DNA of 32,866 nucleotides from Candidatus Hodarchaeota archaeon (GTDB lineage: Archaea > Asgardarchaeota > Heimdallarchaeia > Hodarchaeales > Hodarchaeaceae), in contig JAEOTM010000150.1 of assembly GCA_016839815.1 (NCBI GenBank), positions 1 through 32,866 of the forward strand, in the 5' to 3' direction. The notes under the pieces were generated by a model. That model worked only from the letters and a program-made list of their open reading frames with translations, searched no databases and had not been told where the DNA came from. This document shows, piece after piece, positions 1 to 9,601 of the stretch. The stretch's first letter is position 1, and each line of letters begins with the position of its first letter. The position numbers and the translations under genes were made by a program.

Positions 1-160
1 GAACATACCCGTCCATCGTATGACAGATGATGGTATAAATAATCCTTTTTATACTAAAAACTCTCAATCCACTTTCTTTCTTCTTTTTTTTCTTACAACA
101 AGATTGAATTTATAAAAAATTTAATCAGAGCGTATCTCGAGGATAGTTATCCTCGTTTGA

Positions 161-922
161 TTGAAAATTAACAGGAAATTGATTCGAGTGCCACGTAAAT
201 TTGTCGATTATATAGTTCTGGATTCCAGTTCCCATTTGCGTGCCACTCTTGAATTTAGCAAGCTTCTTGGTTATTCCCAAATCTGGTTGGGAAGACAGTG
301 GGACGCCAAATCCATAAATGCAAACCACCTTCCAAAATCTCAGAATTTAGAAGTTATTGATAGGTTAGATGTAGATTCGAGTAAGATTCCAAAGGAAAAA
401 ATTATCCAAATTCTTAGGAGAGAAAGAAGAAATTACCCAATTATCTCTGTAAAATGCTTTGATCCCGAGATTGTTGGCTGGGCATCCCAAGATAATAGAA
501 TTGATATACTAGTATTCCCATTCAACCAAATTAGTAAGTTATTCACTCGCTCTATAGCTAAATTAATGATAAAATTCACTAAAAATTTGGAACTCTCGCT
601 AAGTGAGCTATACTTAGCGCCTGAACGACTTCAAATTCCGATGTTCCGACAAGTTAAACAAGCTTTAAAGATTGCTCAGATAAAATCAGTTCCAGTTATA
701 ATCAACTCAGGTGCTACAGCTCCAATAGAATTACGATCGCCCTTAGAATTACATTCATTGTTTCAGGTCCTTTCATCTAAGAAAGAACCAATTTTTGAAT
801 CAATATGCGAAATCCCAAGTAAATTACTTACTAGAAATCAAGTTAAGATTAGTCAAGATTATCTAGCACCTGGAATATATAAAGCACGAAAAAGGATATC
901 CCAACTGGAGGAGGAAGAATAG
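161..922 (+). CDS. rnp3: Ribonuclease P protein subunit Rpp30 (PHP-like barrel)
   Basis: Size and Rpp30-like segments (RIDILVF, LELSLSEL, VPVIINSGA...ELRSP); 1 bp from a Pop5 gene, the usual archaeal pairing; TTG start. Confidence 0.88.
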   Translation: MKINRKLIRVPRKFVDYIVLDSSSHLRATLEFSKLLGYSQIWLGRQWDAKSINANHLPKSQNLEVIDRLDVDSSKIPKEKIIQILRRERRNYPIISVKCFDPEIVGWASQDNRIDILVFPFNQISKLFTRSIAKLMIKFTKNLELSLSELYLAPERLQIPMFRQVKQALKIAQIKSVPVIINSGATAPIELRSPLELHSLFQVLSSKKEPIFESICEIPSKLLTRNQVKISQDYLAPGIYKARKRISQLEEEE

Positions 923-923
923 A

Positions 924-1307
924 ATGAAGAAAGAGCGTGTTCGATATTTAACGGTAAGATTCATTAGTCCAAGAGAAATTTCTGAGAAAGAAGCTTGGTT
1001 TATCTTAGCGGGAGAAGTCAAAAGAATCTTTGGAGTTACTGGAGCCGCTAAAGTAGGTCTCTATCTTTCCTATTTTGATCCTGAGAATCAAGGGGGTATT
1101 TTTCGTATGTCACACCACTCTGTTCAACTAGTCCGGGCAAGTCTTTGTTTTATTCATACCCATCACTCCCATCCACTTCTGATTTACTCAGAATGCTTAA
1201 CAGGATCTATAAAGAAAGCGAAAGAATATTTAGCTAAAGGAACCTATGTAGATCGATATAATACAGTCAAAAAAACCCTATTTAATGATAAAATAGTGTC
1301 TCGATGA
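924..1307 (+). CDS. rnp2: Ribonuclease P protein subunit Pop5/Rpp14
   Basis: RYL N-terminal motif, FGVTGAA, GIFR, VRASL, TGSIKKA; follows Rpp30 with GGAGG upstream. Confidence 0.9.
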   Translation: MKKERVRYLTVRFISPREISEKEAWFILAGEVKRIFGVTGAAKVGLYLSYFDPENQGGIFRMSHHSVQLVRASLCFIHTHHSHPLLIYSECLTGSIKKAKEYLAKGTYVDRYNTVKKTLFNDKIVSR

Positions 1308-1404
1308 TGAGAATATACCAACCGGTATTTAATGACGACACCGTCCCAGTCTGAGAGACTAAAATCTTCAATAAGTATAAACCAGAAACACGGAAATGGA
1401 TATT

Positions 1405-1962
1405 CTAATCAATACTAGAATCAAGTTCTTGGAATCTTCTATGCAAGGCTTGGATGAAATCATCAAGCTCTGAGGTTGCGATGTCCATCCAAGTGATAAG
1501 ATCATCTAGTTTTTGTAAAGTACGTTTCCCTCCAGGAGAATCCTTTGATTCTTGACTCAGAGTTTTTCCCCATCGTTCTCGAATACGCCGTAAACCTCCT
1601 TCCCGCTCCTTGAGCGTATTAAGTTTTTCTTCAAATTCATCCACTAATAATTCAAGATATGCATTTTTTTCTACTTGATATTTCCACTCCCGAGAACCTG
1701 GTTCACGACGTCTATCGATTAATTTCCAGTTTTCTAGTTCCTTCAAATTCCGACTAATGGTGGAAGGATTAACCTCGAACTTATCTACTAATTCTTTCTG
1801 TAATAACGGTTCTTCAGGAGAGGTTAATACACACAGTGCAAATATCCTCCCTAGTAGGGGAGAACCTCCACGATCATACATTAAATCCTCAAAAAAGTTA
1901 GAAATTTCCTCTTCAAGCTTAATGATATCTTTGTACTCATTTTTAGTTGGTTTCTCACTCAT
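1405..1962 (-). CDS. MarR/GbsR-type winged-helix transcriptional regulator
   Basis: GRIFAL, HTH (LQKELVDKFEVNPSTISRNLKELE), wing RRREPGSR, helical C-terminus. Confidence 0.8.
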   Translation of the reverse strand: MSEKPTKNEYKDIIKLEEEISNFFEDLMYDRGGSPLLGRIFALCVLTSPEEPLLQKELVDKFEVNPSTISRNLKELENWKLIDRRREPGSREWKYQVEKNAYLELLVDEFEEKLNTLKEREGGLRRIRERWGKTLSQESKDSPGGKRTLQKLDDLITWMDIATSELDDFIQALHRRFQELDSSID

Positions 1963-2233
1963 CTGTGAACCTGTTCCTTTCCTAGTGAAATCTTTGGGAA
2001 AAACTACACCAATTGGATTATATGGAGTAATTTGATAAAATACGTTTTAAGGAATTCTGAGATTATTTTTATTGATAGTTTTTATAGATTCTAACCAATG
2101 GTAATATTGTATTCTCACCTACAATAAATGACTTCGATCGAAAAAAGTCGTTTGCATACACCATTCTTGAAACGTCTCCAAACTATCTATCATTTTACGA
2201 CATAATCCTGTATTTATAGCAACGGTTTATCCT

Positions 2234-2298
2234 AAAAAAGCAAAAAAAGTTGGTATTGGATAATTTAACGGCATTTCTGATGTTAAATTATCCTATAC
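2234..2298 (-). terminator. Hairpin plus U-tract terminator downstream of catalase
   Basis: Perfect 12-bp inverted repeat GGATAATTTAAC (2258-2269) / GTTAAATTATCC (2282-2293), extendable by GTAT/ATAC, followed on the minus strand by T7 and T6 runs; about 30 nt after the catalase stop. Confidence 0.65.
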
Positions 2299-2325
2299 AT
2301 GATCAAGAGACGTTATTGACTGAAA

Positions 2326-3774
2326 TTACTTGCCAAGGGCTTTCTTAACACCTGCACCATAGGCAGGATCTACTTTATCAAAGTGTTCGAGTTGTTTATT
2401 AATTATGTAGTCAGGGACTCCATCCATGGATGCAGCAATATTGCTGAAAAGTCTTCTCTTCTGTTCATCGTTGAACAAATTGAACAGTGCACGTGGTTGA
2501 ATGTAATCGTCATTCCCCTCACGGTGATCATAACGATCTGCATCTCCAGAGATCTTAAGAGGTGGTTCTGCAAATTCAGAATTCTCTTTTGGACCTCCAA
2601 ATGAACTAGGTTCATAGTATGCATCTGGATTCTCTGTAAAATTGTCGAAGAATCTCATGTGACCATCTTTATGGTAATGGGCAGCTCCTGACTTTGGTCT
2701 ATTCACTGGTAATGATTCATAGTGGGTTCCAAGACGATACCTGTGTGCGTCAGCATAAGAAAAGATTCTTGCCTGTAACATTTTATCTGGAGAAAAACTA
2801 ATTCCAGGTACAATATTTGACGGTGAAAATGCTGCTTGTTCGATATCTGTAAAGTAATTATCTGGGTTTCTGTTTAACTCCATTATACCGACTTCTATCA
2901 AAGGATACTCTCCATGTGGCCAAACTTTTGTCAAATCAAACGGATTATAGGAAGTCTTCAGCGCATCTTCTTCCGACATCACTTGTACATACAATGTCCA
3001 CTTGGGGAACTCACCTCGTTCAATTGCTCCAAATAATTCTTCCTGATATGATTCTCTTGTTCTTCCAATAACCTCTGTAGCTTCCTCATTAGTATAAAAT
3101 TTATGTCCTTGCTGAGTCTTAAAGTGAAACTTAACCCAAAATCGCTCATTATCTGAATTAATGAAACTATATGTGTGCGAGCCATAGCCATTCATAAACA
3201 TAGGAGCTACTGGAATACCTCTATCCGACATGAGAATAGTGACTTGATGCAAGCTTTCAGGAGAAAGACTCCAAAAATCCCAAGCTGCGGTGTTGGATCG
3301 AAGATTAGTTTTTGGATGTCTTTTTTGGGTATGAATAAAATCTGGAAATTTCAGGGGATCACGTATAAAGAATACAGGAGTATTATTACCGACCATATCC
3401 CAATTTCCTTCCTCAGTATAGAATTTTAATGCAAATCCACGAACATCTCTCTCTGCATCGGCAGCACCCATCTCACCAGCAACTGTAGAAAATCGAGCTA
3501 ACATGTCGGTTTTCTTACCAATTGCATTGAAAATGTTGGCTTTCGTGTATTTTGTGATATCATGAGTTACAGTAAAGGTACCAAAGGCGCCCCATCCTTT
3601 GGCATGTACTACACGTTCAGGAATTCTTTCTCTATTTTGATGAGCAAGCTTTTCAATTAATTGATAGTCTTGTAGCAGAACAGGACCACGAGGACCAGCT
3701 GTGAGTGAATTCTGATTATCAGACACAGGATTTCCTGCTGATGTTGTTAAAGTCTTTTCTTTTTTACCATTCAT
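2326..3774 (-). CDS. katA: Monofunctional small-subunit heme catalase
   Basis: [13 protein letters not shown] (distal His), VGNNTPVFF (Asn), [14 protein letters not shown] (proximal Tyr); AGGAGG SD at 3782-3787. Confidence 0.98.
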   Translation of the reverse strand: MNGKKEKTLTTSAGNPVSDNQNSLTAGPRGPVLLQDYQLIEKLAHQNRERIPERVVHAKGWGAFGTFTVTHDITKYTKANIFNAIGKKTDMLARFSTVAGEMGAADAERDVRGFALKFYTEEGNWDMVGNNTPVFFIRDPLKFPDFIHTQKRHPKTNLRSNTAAWDFWSLSPESLHQVTILMSDRGIPVAPMFMNGYGSHTYSFINSDNERFWVKFHFKTQQGHKFYTNEEATEVIGRTRESYQEELFGAIERGEFPKWTLYVQVMSEEDALKTSYNPFDLTKVWPHGEYPLIEVGIMELNRNPDNYFTDIEQAAFSPSNIVPGISFSPDKMLQARIFSYADAHRYRLGTHYESLPVNRPKSGAAHYHKDGHMRFFDNFTENPDAYYEPSSFGGPKENSEFAEPPLKISGDADRYDHREGNDDYIQPRALFNLFNDEQKRRLFSNIAASMDGVPDYIINKQLEHFDKVDPAYGAGVKKALGK

Positions 3775-3980
3775 ATGAAATCCTCCTTTTTTCTTCTAAA
3801 AACTGTATTGATACAAAATCTGTGTTTTTTTTCCGAGTTAATTTATCTCTCCTTAAGGTATTAGAAAAATAAGCTTTGAAAACTGATTTTTTCTAATAAA
3901 ATTAACTTTGAGAGTCATTATTATTGAGTAAATCTTACATATATAAGGATAATGAATATTAAATAGTAATAAGTATCATT

Positions 3981-3995
3981 TGATAATGCTTATTT
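3981..3995. promoter_or_regulatory. Candidate Fur/PerR box in the katA-perR intergenic region
   Basis: TGATAAT-G-CTTATTT matches 11/14 positions of the 7-1-7 TGATAATnATTATCA consensus, within an imperfect palindrome at 3968-3994. The AT-rich background weakens the match. Confidence 0.35.
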
Positions 3996-4123
3996 AACGT
4001 ATTGATAAATATGAAAAACGGTAATATACGTACGAGAACGGATTAAAAATTGCGTAGCCTTTAATATTCTTCGTAAATATTACCAACCATGATACTTTCA
4101 ACTTTTTAGGTGATTCTACTGGA

Positions 4124-4504
4124 ATGAAAATTACCAATCAAAGAAATACTATACTAAAATTTCTCAAAGACAATCAGAATCACCCCTCTGTAGAAGAGAT
4201 CTTTGAAAAAGTAAAACGAACTCTACCTCGGACAACTAAAGCTACTGTTTATAAAAATTTGAAGACTCTCATGATTCATGACATAATAAAAGAAGTAAAT
4301 ATTAAAGGAGTTTCAAGGTTTGAAGCAAAAATTGATCCACATCACCATATTATATGCAAGAATTGTGGAAAAATCATTGATTTTGAATCAGAAGAATTAA
4401 GAAATTTTGCGTTACAAATAATTGGGAAACAGAAAGATTTTACTATTGATAGTGCCGAGACTAACTTTTTTGGTAAATGTAATATGTGTGATGACAGTAA
4501 ATAG
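4124..4504 (+). CDS. perR: Fur-family peroxide-sensing regulator (PerR-like)
   Basis: TNQR, HPSVEEI, ATVYKNL, RFE..HHHIICKNCGKIIDF with the PerR-type Asp, C-terminal CxxC; divergent from catalase. Confidence 0.85.
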   Translation: MKITNQRNTILKFLKDNQNHPSVEEIFEKVKRTLPRTTKATVYKNLKTLMIHDIIKEVNIKGVSRFEAKIDPHHHIICKNCGKIIDFESEELRNFALQIIGKQKDFTIDSAETNFFGKCNMCDDSK

Positions 4505-4554
4505 GTTAATGGACAAAATATTAGTAATTCAGGAATTTCAAAGAAAGTAATTTC

Positions 4555-5202
4555 TCAGTCCTGTTTAGTCTCCATTTTCGCCCATCGTGTTGGTAATCCG
4601 ATTTCATTAGTTCCATAACCCGTAATAAGGCCGAATATTACTCCACCAAACAAAATTCCAGCACCTGAGTCAAATAAGCTGACTAGGACATTTATTGTTA
4701 AAGCAATGGTTACTGCAAACCCTACTACTACAATTTGCTCCAGTAAAACCACTTGCGTTCCTTGAACTCTAGCAACCAGTCTTCTTACTATCTTTCCTGT
4801 GATAAACATATACAACACATACACTATTGCAATCGATATGGCAGGTAGAAAGATACTACCTACTACTCCCATTAATTCTTTTCCTAAAAGACCACCAGCG
4901 ATACCTACGGCTAGAACTAAGGCCCCTAATGTTGTTGCATATGCTAAACCTATAGGTACCATCAAAATACTTACCATAATCCATGTTTTTGCCCAGTCAA
5001 ACACATTGCGTATGTTTACCCATTGAATAAGTCCGATGAAGATACTACTTGCTAGAATTCCACCAGCAATAAAAATATATTCTTCCAGATACAGTATAGA
5101 TAGTAAAAGTGTGGTCCATCCAATTAAACTGACTATTAACCACTTTAACCATAATGAAAGGCTAAAAGATGTTTCTCGTTTAACATTTGAAAGATAGCTC
5201 AT
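4555..5202 (-). CDS. Multi-pass membrane protein, unknown function
   Basis: About six Gly-rich hydrophobic segments, with a W-x2-W/W-x-x-x-S pattern occurring twice. Confidence 0.7.
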   Translation of the reverse strand: MSYLSNVKRETSFSLSLWLKWLIVSLIGWTTLLLSILYLEEYIFIAGGILASSIFIGLIQWVNIRNVFDWAKTWIMVSILMVPIGLAYATTLGALVLAVGIAGGLLGKELMGVVGSIFLPAISIAIVYVLYMFITGKIVRRLVARVQGTQVVLLEQIVVVGFAVTIALTINVLVSLFDSGAGILFGGVIFGLITGYGTNEIGLPTRWAKMETKQD

Positions 5203-5297
5203 AGTAAGTTTCTATCCAGATACGAATAGAAGTATCCAATCGAAATAGGACTGGTTTACTATAAATACCTACGCTTATTCAAATGCATAATACCTAA

Positions 5298-5825
5298 TTA
5301 ATCATCCCTGGATGCAAAGATAAGCTGGTATAGATTTGAGAATCGAGGAATCCATCTCGGAGTAAGCTGTGTATATTCACGATATACATCTCCTAAAATG
5401 TTAACCAATTCTTTTTCTTCAAATACGACCATTCTATCAAAAAAGATGAAAATGAAGAGTATGGAGAAAAAAGAAAGGATCGAAACAGAAAGAAGAGAGA
5501 AAGCCATATAGAGGAGGGGGATACTTAGATAGAGGGGATGACGAACGAGGGCATATATACCATCCGAGACGAGTCCTGGTTCAGTCTGGGATTCCGAAAA
5601 AATCTTTTTTTGAGAACTATTCATAAGAATGAATGCCAAGACCAATGTTATAGTAAATATAACGATACGAAAAATTAGTGGGATGCTTTTCCTTAGATCG
5701 ATAAATAGCTGAAGGAAAAAAGTATCAAGTATCCATGTTAAAAAGAAGAAAACTGCACTTCCAATCATAATTTGATGCGAGTAAGGATGTTCAATTCCCA
5801 ATCCTGGTTGGTGGTGTGAAGACAT
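5298..5825 (-). CDS. ICMT/PEMT (Ste14-like) integral membrane methyltransferase
   Basis: LVSDGIYALVRHPLY and EE..L...G..Y..Y....PRWIP motifs; four hydrophobic helices. Confidence 0.88.
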   Translation of the reverse strand: MSSHHQPGLGIEHPYSHQIMIGSAVFFFLTWILDTFFLQLFIDLRKSIPLIFRIVIFTITLVLAFILMNSSQKKIFSESQTEPGLVSDGIYALVRHPLYLSIPLLYMAFSLLSVSILSFFSILFIFIFFDRMVVFEEKELVNILGDVYREYTQLTPRWIPRFSNLYQLIFASRDD

Positions 5826-5942
5826 AGTTTTTCCGTTACATTAATAGGAATATAAAGTCTCTCTTCAAGGAGATTAATAAGAAGAAATATCCCATTATTT
5901 GAACAAAGATTGATTGTAATGCCAGTGATACACTAGGAAGGA

Positions 5943-6365
5943 CTATTCACTAACTACTAGGTAAAGATAGCCAGTAATTAAACTAGCAGCAATAAGAAAG
6001 AATAGGGCAAACCATTGGTCGAAAATTAATACAGTGGTTATTGCTAGAACAATCATAATCCCTGCAATTTCAGTGATACCTGTTCTTCCACCACTGTATT
6101 CTCGAATGACCGTATATACCATTAATGAAGCAAAGAATATGATGCTCCATACTATTAAATGGAATAATATCAATAGTGGAGTTGTGGTTCCGTCGAATAA
6201 TGTGAATTCCCAATATAAGACTCCGAGAAATGATGATTTTATATCATCGAGGAAGAATAGAAATATTAGTTCAAGTAAAAAGCCTAATGAGATCATTAAA
6301 ACGCCTAGAAGAAGAGTACGTAACTCTTTTGGTGCCCAAAGGTTTCGATAGAGGAGCTGTGCCAT
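5943..6365 (-). CDS. Small multi-pass membrane protein, unknown function
   Basis: About four hydrophobic segments; GGAG SD upstream. Confidence 0.7.
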   Translation of the reverse strand: MAQLLYRNLWAPKELRTLLLGVLMISLGFLLELIFLFFLDDIKSSFLGVLYWEFTLFDGTTTPLLILFHLIVWSIIFFASLMVYTVIREYSGGRTGITEIAGIMIVLAITTVLIFDQWFALFFLIAASLITGYLYLVVSE

Positions 6366-6751
6366 TTTTTTTATGACTCCTAATTAGTAACTCAATACAA
6401 AGCCAAATTTTCTTCAGTTTTTATCTATTGGTTTTAGTCTATTGCTTTGACAAATTTCGAGAATATTACTAAATATGTCCGACTACTAAATATTTAGTCT
6501 AAGGGGCAATAAATCGATTACTGGGAATATTCTGGCTTAGATTAGCTAATCTTTTTAAGGCGAAATGGTAGATTTTAGTAGACAACTGAGAATATGCTGA
6601 AAAGCAGTCCTTTGCTTCACTGGTAAGAATTGGGATTTTTATCAAGTTTCATTTCATCAGTATTATAAGGAATTATCATATCATCAACCATATCAGAGTA
6701 AAGATTTATTGAACAAGAATCCCAAACCAACTATTTATGTGGTAGAACGTC

Positions 6752-7453
6752 ATGAAAATTGTGATCCTAGGTCCCTACAATAGTGGAAAGTCTTCGACAG
6801 TGCAAAAAATCTGTTCAGGAAAAGCAATTTCGATTGATTATGGTGGAACAACCATCGCCTTGGATCACTGCAAAACGACAATCTATGGAGTAGAAGTCTT
6901 TCTTTTCGGAACACCAGGATTGCAACGATTCGAAATAATTAGAAAAATTCTGAGTAAGGGAGCAGATGGAATTCTTTTCGTTGTTGATTCGGTCAATGTG
7001 GCTTCTTTTGATGAGGCAAAGAAACTTCTAGAAGAAATTGATGAAATCCTGCCAGGAACACCCATTGTTCTTTGTGCGAATAAACAGGATATTCTCGGAG
7101 CAAAGAGTCCAGAGGAAGTAGCAAATACTGTTCTGGGTAGTAGAGCTTCTTCAATTTCATATATCGGCACATCAGCGAAAACAGGTACAAGTTTGGAACG
7201 AGCTCTTGGATTAATTGTGTTAAATGCAGTGAAAACTTATTATCCAGTATTACAAGCTGTTAAAAACTCAACTGGAGATCTAAACGATATTGTAAATACT
7301 ATGGGACAGTCAGAATCTGAAATCCTTTCTCAATTACAATTTGCTTCATGGAGACGATTAGTAATAGCAGATTGGGACAATAATCGGTATTTTTTAGCGA
7401 AAGGTGTATCTAATATTATTGATATCTTAGAATTTGGGCATAAACAGATCTAA
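6752..7453 (+). CDS. Small GTPase (MglA/CvnD-related) with C-terminal winged-helix-like extension
   Basis: G1 GPYNSGKSS, TTIALD, FGTPGLQRF, G4 NKQD, G5 SAK; about 70 extra C-terminal residues. Confidence 0.88.
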   Translation: MKIVILGPYNSGKSSTVQKICSGKAISIDYGGTTIALDHCKTTIYGVEVFLFGTPGLQRFEIIRKILSKGADGILFVVDSVNVASFDEAKKLLEEIDEILPGTPIVLCANKQDILGAKSPEEVANTVLGSRASSISYIGTSAKTGTSLERALGLIVLNAVKTYYPVLQAVKNSTGDLNDIVNTMGQSESEILSQLQFASWRRLVIADWDNNRYFLAKGVSNIIDILEFGHKQI

Positions 7454-7480
7454 AATAAATTTACGTGGAAATGTGAGACA

Positions 7481-7657
7481 ATGGTAGAAAAACCTGATGT
7501 ATATATTTGCCAGAATAAAGAATGTGAAAACCGTTTTCAAAAAGCAGAATTTATAACTATTGAAGAAGATGGTATTTACATCACTAAACCAAGTTGTCCT
7601 AAATGTGGATCTACTGACCTCATTTCATCCGCTTGGTTACTTAGAAATGAGGAATAG
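7481..7657 (+). CDS. 58-aa zinc-ribbon protein (not in the ORF track)
   Basis: Manual translation MVEKPDVYICQNKECENRF...KPSCPKCGSTDLISSAWLLRNEE*; Cx4C...CPKCG; fills the gap between co-oriented genes. Confidence 0.8.
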   Translation: MVEKPDVYICQNKECENRFQKAEFITIEEDGIYITKPSCPKCGSTDLISSAWLLRNEE

Positions 7658-7676
7658 CATTCTTCTGTGAACTCTG

Positions 7677-8207
7677 ATGAGCTTCTTAATTAGCTCTCAA
7701 CGGACAAATGAACGAGATGCGATCTCAGAAGCATTTTATGTTATTTCTGATACACTAAATTATAAAACAAAACCGTTAAAGTCCAGAGTCCCAGGTTTGT
7801 CAATATTAAAACTTGAAGAGAATGATGTGCACCCTTTCAAGGTTATTTCAGGCATAAAAAAGTATATTGCAGAGAAAGGTCCTTTAATTGCTTGTTTAAA
7901 GATTGTACCATTAGAATACTTGATAAAGACGGATCTTCCCGCAATTATTCAGCAGACATCAATATTAGCTAAAGAGAGAATTTCAACCTCAAATTCTTGG
8001 AGAATAACCCTCAATAAGCGTCAATGTAATCTACGATCTGTACAAATTATTCAAGAGGTAGCAGATGAAATTAACTGGGGAACTGTCCAGTTAAAGGATC
8101 CTGATATCGAAATCAGGATTGAAATCATACGTGATCTGACAGGTATAAGTGTTATGCATCCCAACTCTGATGTCAGTATGGCAAGAATGTTTTCTGAGTA
8201 CAAATGA
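7677..8207 (+). CDS. THUMP domain RNA-binding protein
   Basis: LKIVPLE, SWRITLNKR, VQLKDPDIEIRIEI are typical of stand-alone archaeal THUMP (Tan1-like) proteins. Confidence 0.88.
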   Translation: MSFLISSQRTNERDAISEAFYVISDTLNYKTKPLKSRVPGLSILKLEENDVHPFKVISGIKKYIAEKGPLIACLKIVPLEYLIKTDLPAIIQQTSILAKERISTSNSWRITLNKRQCNLRSVQIIQEVADEINWGTVQLKDPDIEIRIEIIRDLTGISVMHPNSDVSMARMFSEYK

Positions 8208-8210
8208 TTA

Positions 8211-8795
8211 CTAGGAATCTAAGGCTAGGAGAGCGACCTTTTCTAATTGCGCTTTCTCGATATCTGAATTGGAAAAGCTTGCAGCATTATGGTAATTTTC
8301 ATCGAGCAGTTGTTGAATAAACCATTCTCGTTTTAGGTCAAATTCTTCAATAATGTTGATATCGGGTACGAACCTAATTACTTCCTCAAGAAAAGAATAT
8401 GCCTCGGGTAAAATATCGCCTGCTTCAGCAACTAAAATTCCAATTATTTTACTAGAATCGTTCTTAACACCTAGTAAACTTAGAGCCTTTTTTATTTGTC
8501 TACAACCAGCCAGATATAGTAATATCTCCATAGAAAAAGATTTAGAAATCATTTTATCGGTAGATTTTGCTTTTTCGGTGTGCCAAAGTGCGGAAAAAAT
8601 GTGTTTATAGCCCCATATATGACGAAAGTCGATTAATTGCGAACCTACTAGCATAAATCGCTCTTCTAATTCACCTAAGGTTTTTTTGATATCAATTGAC
8701 TCACTTTGGTTTTGAATTACAGCACCAAAGACAAGATAAACATAGGAATCCAGTTCCTGTATGATATACGGTCTAATTTTTTGGACACTCCTCAA
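8211..8795 (-). CDS. cgi121: KEOPS complex subunit Cgi121
   Basis: QLID...IWG.KH, ISKSFSMEILLYLAGCRQIKKAL..LG, C-terminal LEKVALL. Confidence 0.9.
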   Translation of the reverse strand: MRSVQKIRPYIIQELDSYVYLVFGAVIQNQSESIDIKKTLGELEERFMLVGSQLIDFRHIWGYKHIFSALWHTEKAKSTDKMISKSFSMEILLYLAGCRQIKKALSLLGVKNDSSKIIGILVAEAGDILPEAYSFLEEVIRFVPDINIIEEFDLKREWFIQQLLDENYHNAASFSNSDIEKAQLEKVALLALDS

Positions 8796-8892
8796 AATTG
8801 TGACTGAACATCTAACTGTAATAGAGCTTAAAATCTTTCTTTAGATAGTACACAAATTCTTTTTCAAAAGCATTTAGCGATGTGTTTGGATT

Positions 8893-9492
8893 TTGGTTGA
8901 ATTCAGGATTTTTCAGTGGTACGAGATTGATAATTTGGCCCGTTCTCTGTTCAATCTAATTAAAAAAGATGGTTTTAAACCTGATATTATCCTTGGTATT
9001 AGTCGAGGGGGATGGATCCCAGCTCGTTTACTAAGTGATATGTTTGAAGCAAGTTACCTCCTAGAGGGTCATCAAACATCTTCTATTCTAGCAACTATGC
9101 AAATAAAATTTTATACAGCGATTGCTGAAACCCATACCAAACCAGTAATCTCTCAAGATGTCGGTGTAGATATATTTCAAAAGAATATTTTATTAATTGA
9201 TGATTTAGCCGATAGTGGGGAGAGCTTGGAATGTGCACTTGATTATCTTAAGTTGAAGGATCCAAAAATCGTGAAAATCGCTACTTTATTGTATAAACCT
9301 TGGTCTAAAGTAAAACCTGATTATTATGCTGAAGAAGTTTCTGAATGGGTAGTCTTTCCACATGAATACTATGAATTCATGACAGAACAGACACTTACTC
9401 AAAATCTGACAAAAACAACAGCATGGGCAACTTTTATTGAACAGGGCATTCCCGATTCTGCAATTAATTTCTTCGTTGAGACATTTTTTTAG
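8893..9492 (+). CDS. Type I phosphoribosyltransferase (archaeal purine PRTase-like)
   Basis: PDIILGISRGGWIPARLLSD, PRPP motif LLIDDLADSGESL, KPDYY...WVVFP.E. Confidence 0.92.
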   Translation: MVEFRIFQWYEIDNLARSLFNLIKKDGFKPDIILGISRGGWIPARLLSDMFEASYLLEGHQTSSILATMQIKFYTAIAETHTKPVISQDVGVDIFQKNILLIDDLADSGESLECALDYLKLKDPKIVKIATLLYKPWSKVKPDYYAEEVSEWVVFPHEYYEFMTEQTLTQNLTKTTAWATFIEQGIPDSAINFFVETFF

Positions 9493-9601
9493 TTTACAAA
9501 TGTTAATCAACTCTAATTTTAAAGAAATCTTATTGGAAAAGCTCTTTTGAGAACTATAATCTGTCCTCTCACGTCCAGAAAATGCAATATCTGTGATTAT
9601 T

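Noticed and set aside
1-45. Minus-strand TATA-like TTTATA followed by a possible gene start at the window edge
   Set aside because: Fewer than 20 nt of the putative gene are visible, so it cannot be assigned.
5298-5825. ICMT-like enzyme as a CAAX-processing partner for the small GTPases
   Set aside because: None of the four GTPases ends in CAAX, and the family is widespread in prokaryotes with other substrates.
6630-6725. 8-bp terminal inverted repeat enclosing minus-strand CTGA/TTGATGA/CTGA boxes (possible C/D sRNA)
   Set aside because: There is no 5' box C and no identifiable guide target; such motifs are plausible by chance in AT-rich DNA.
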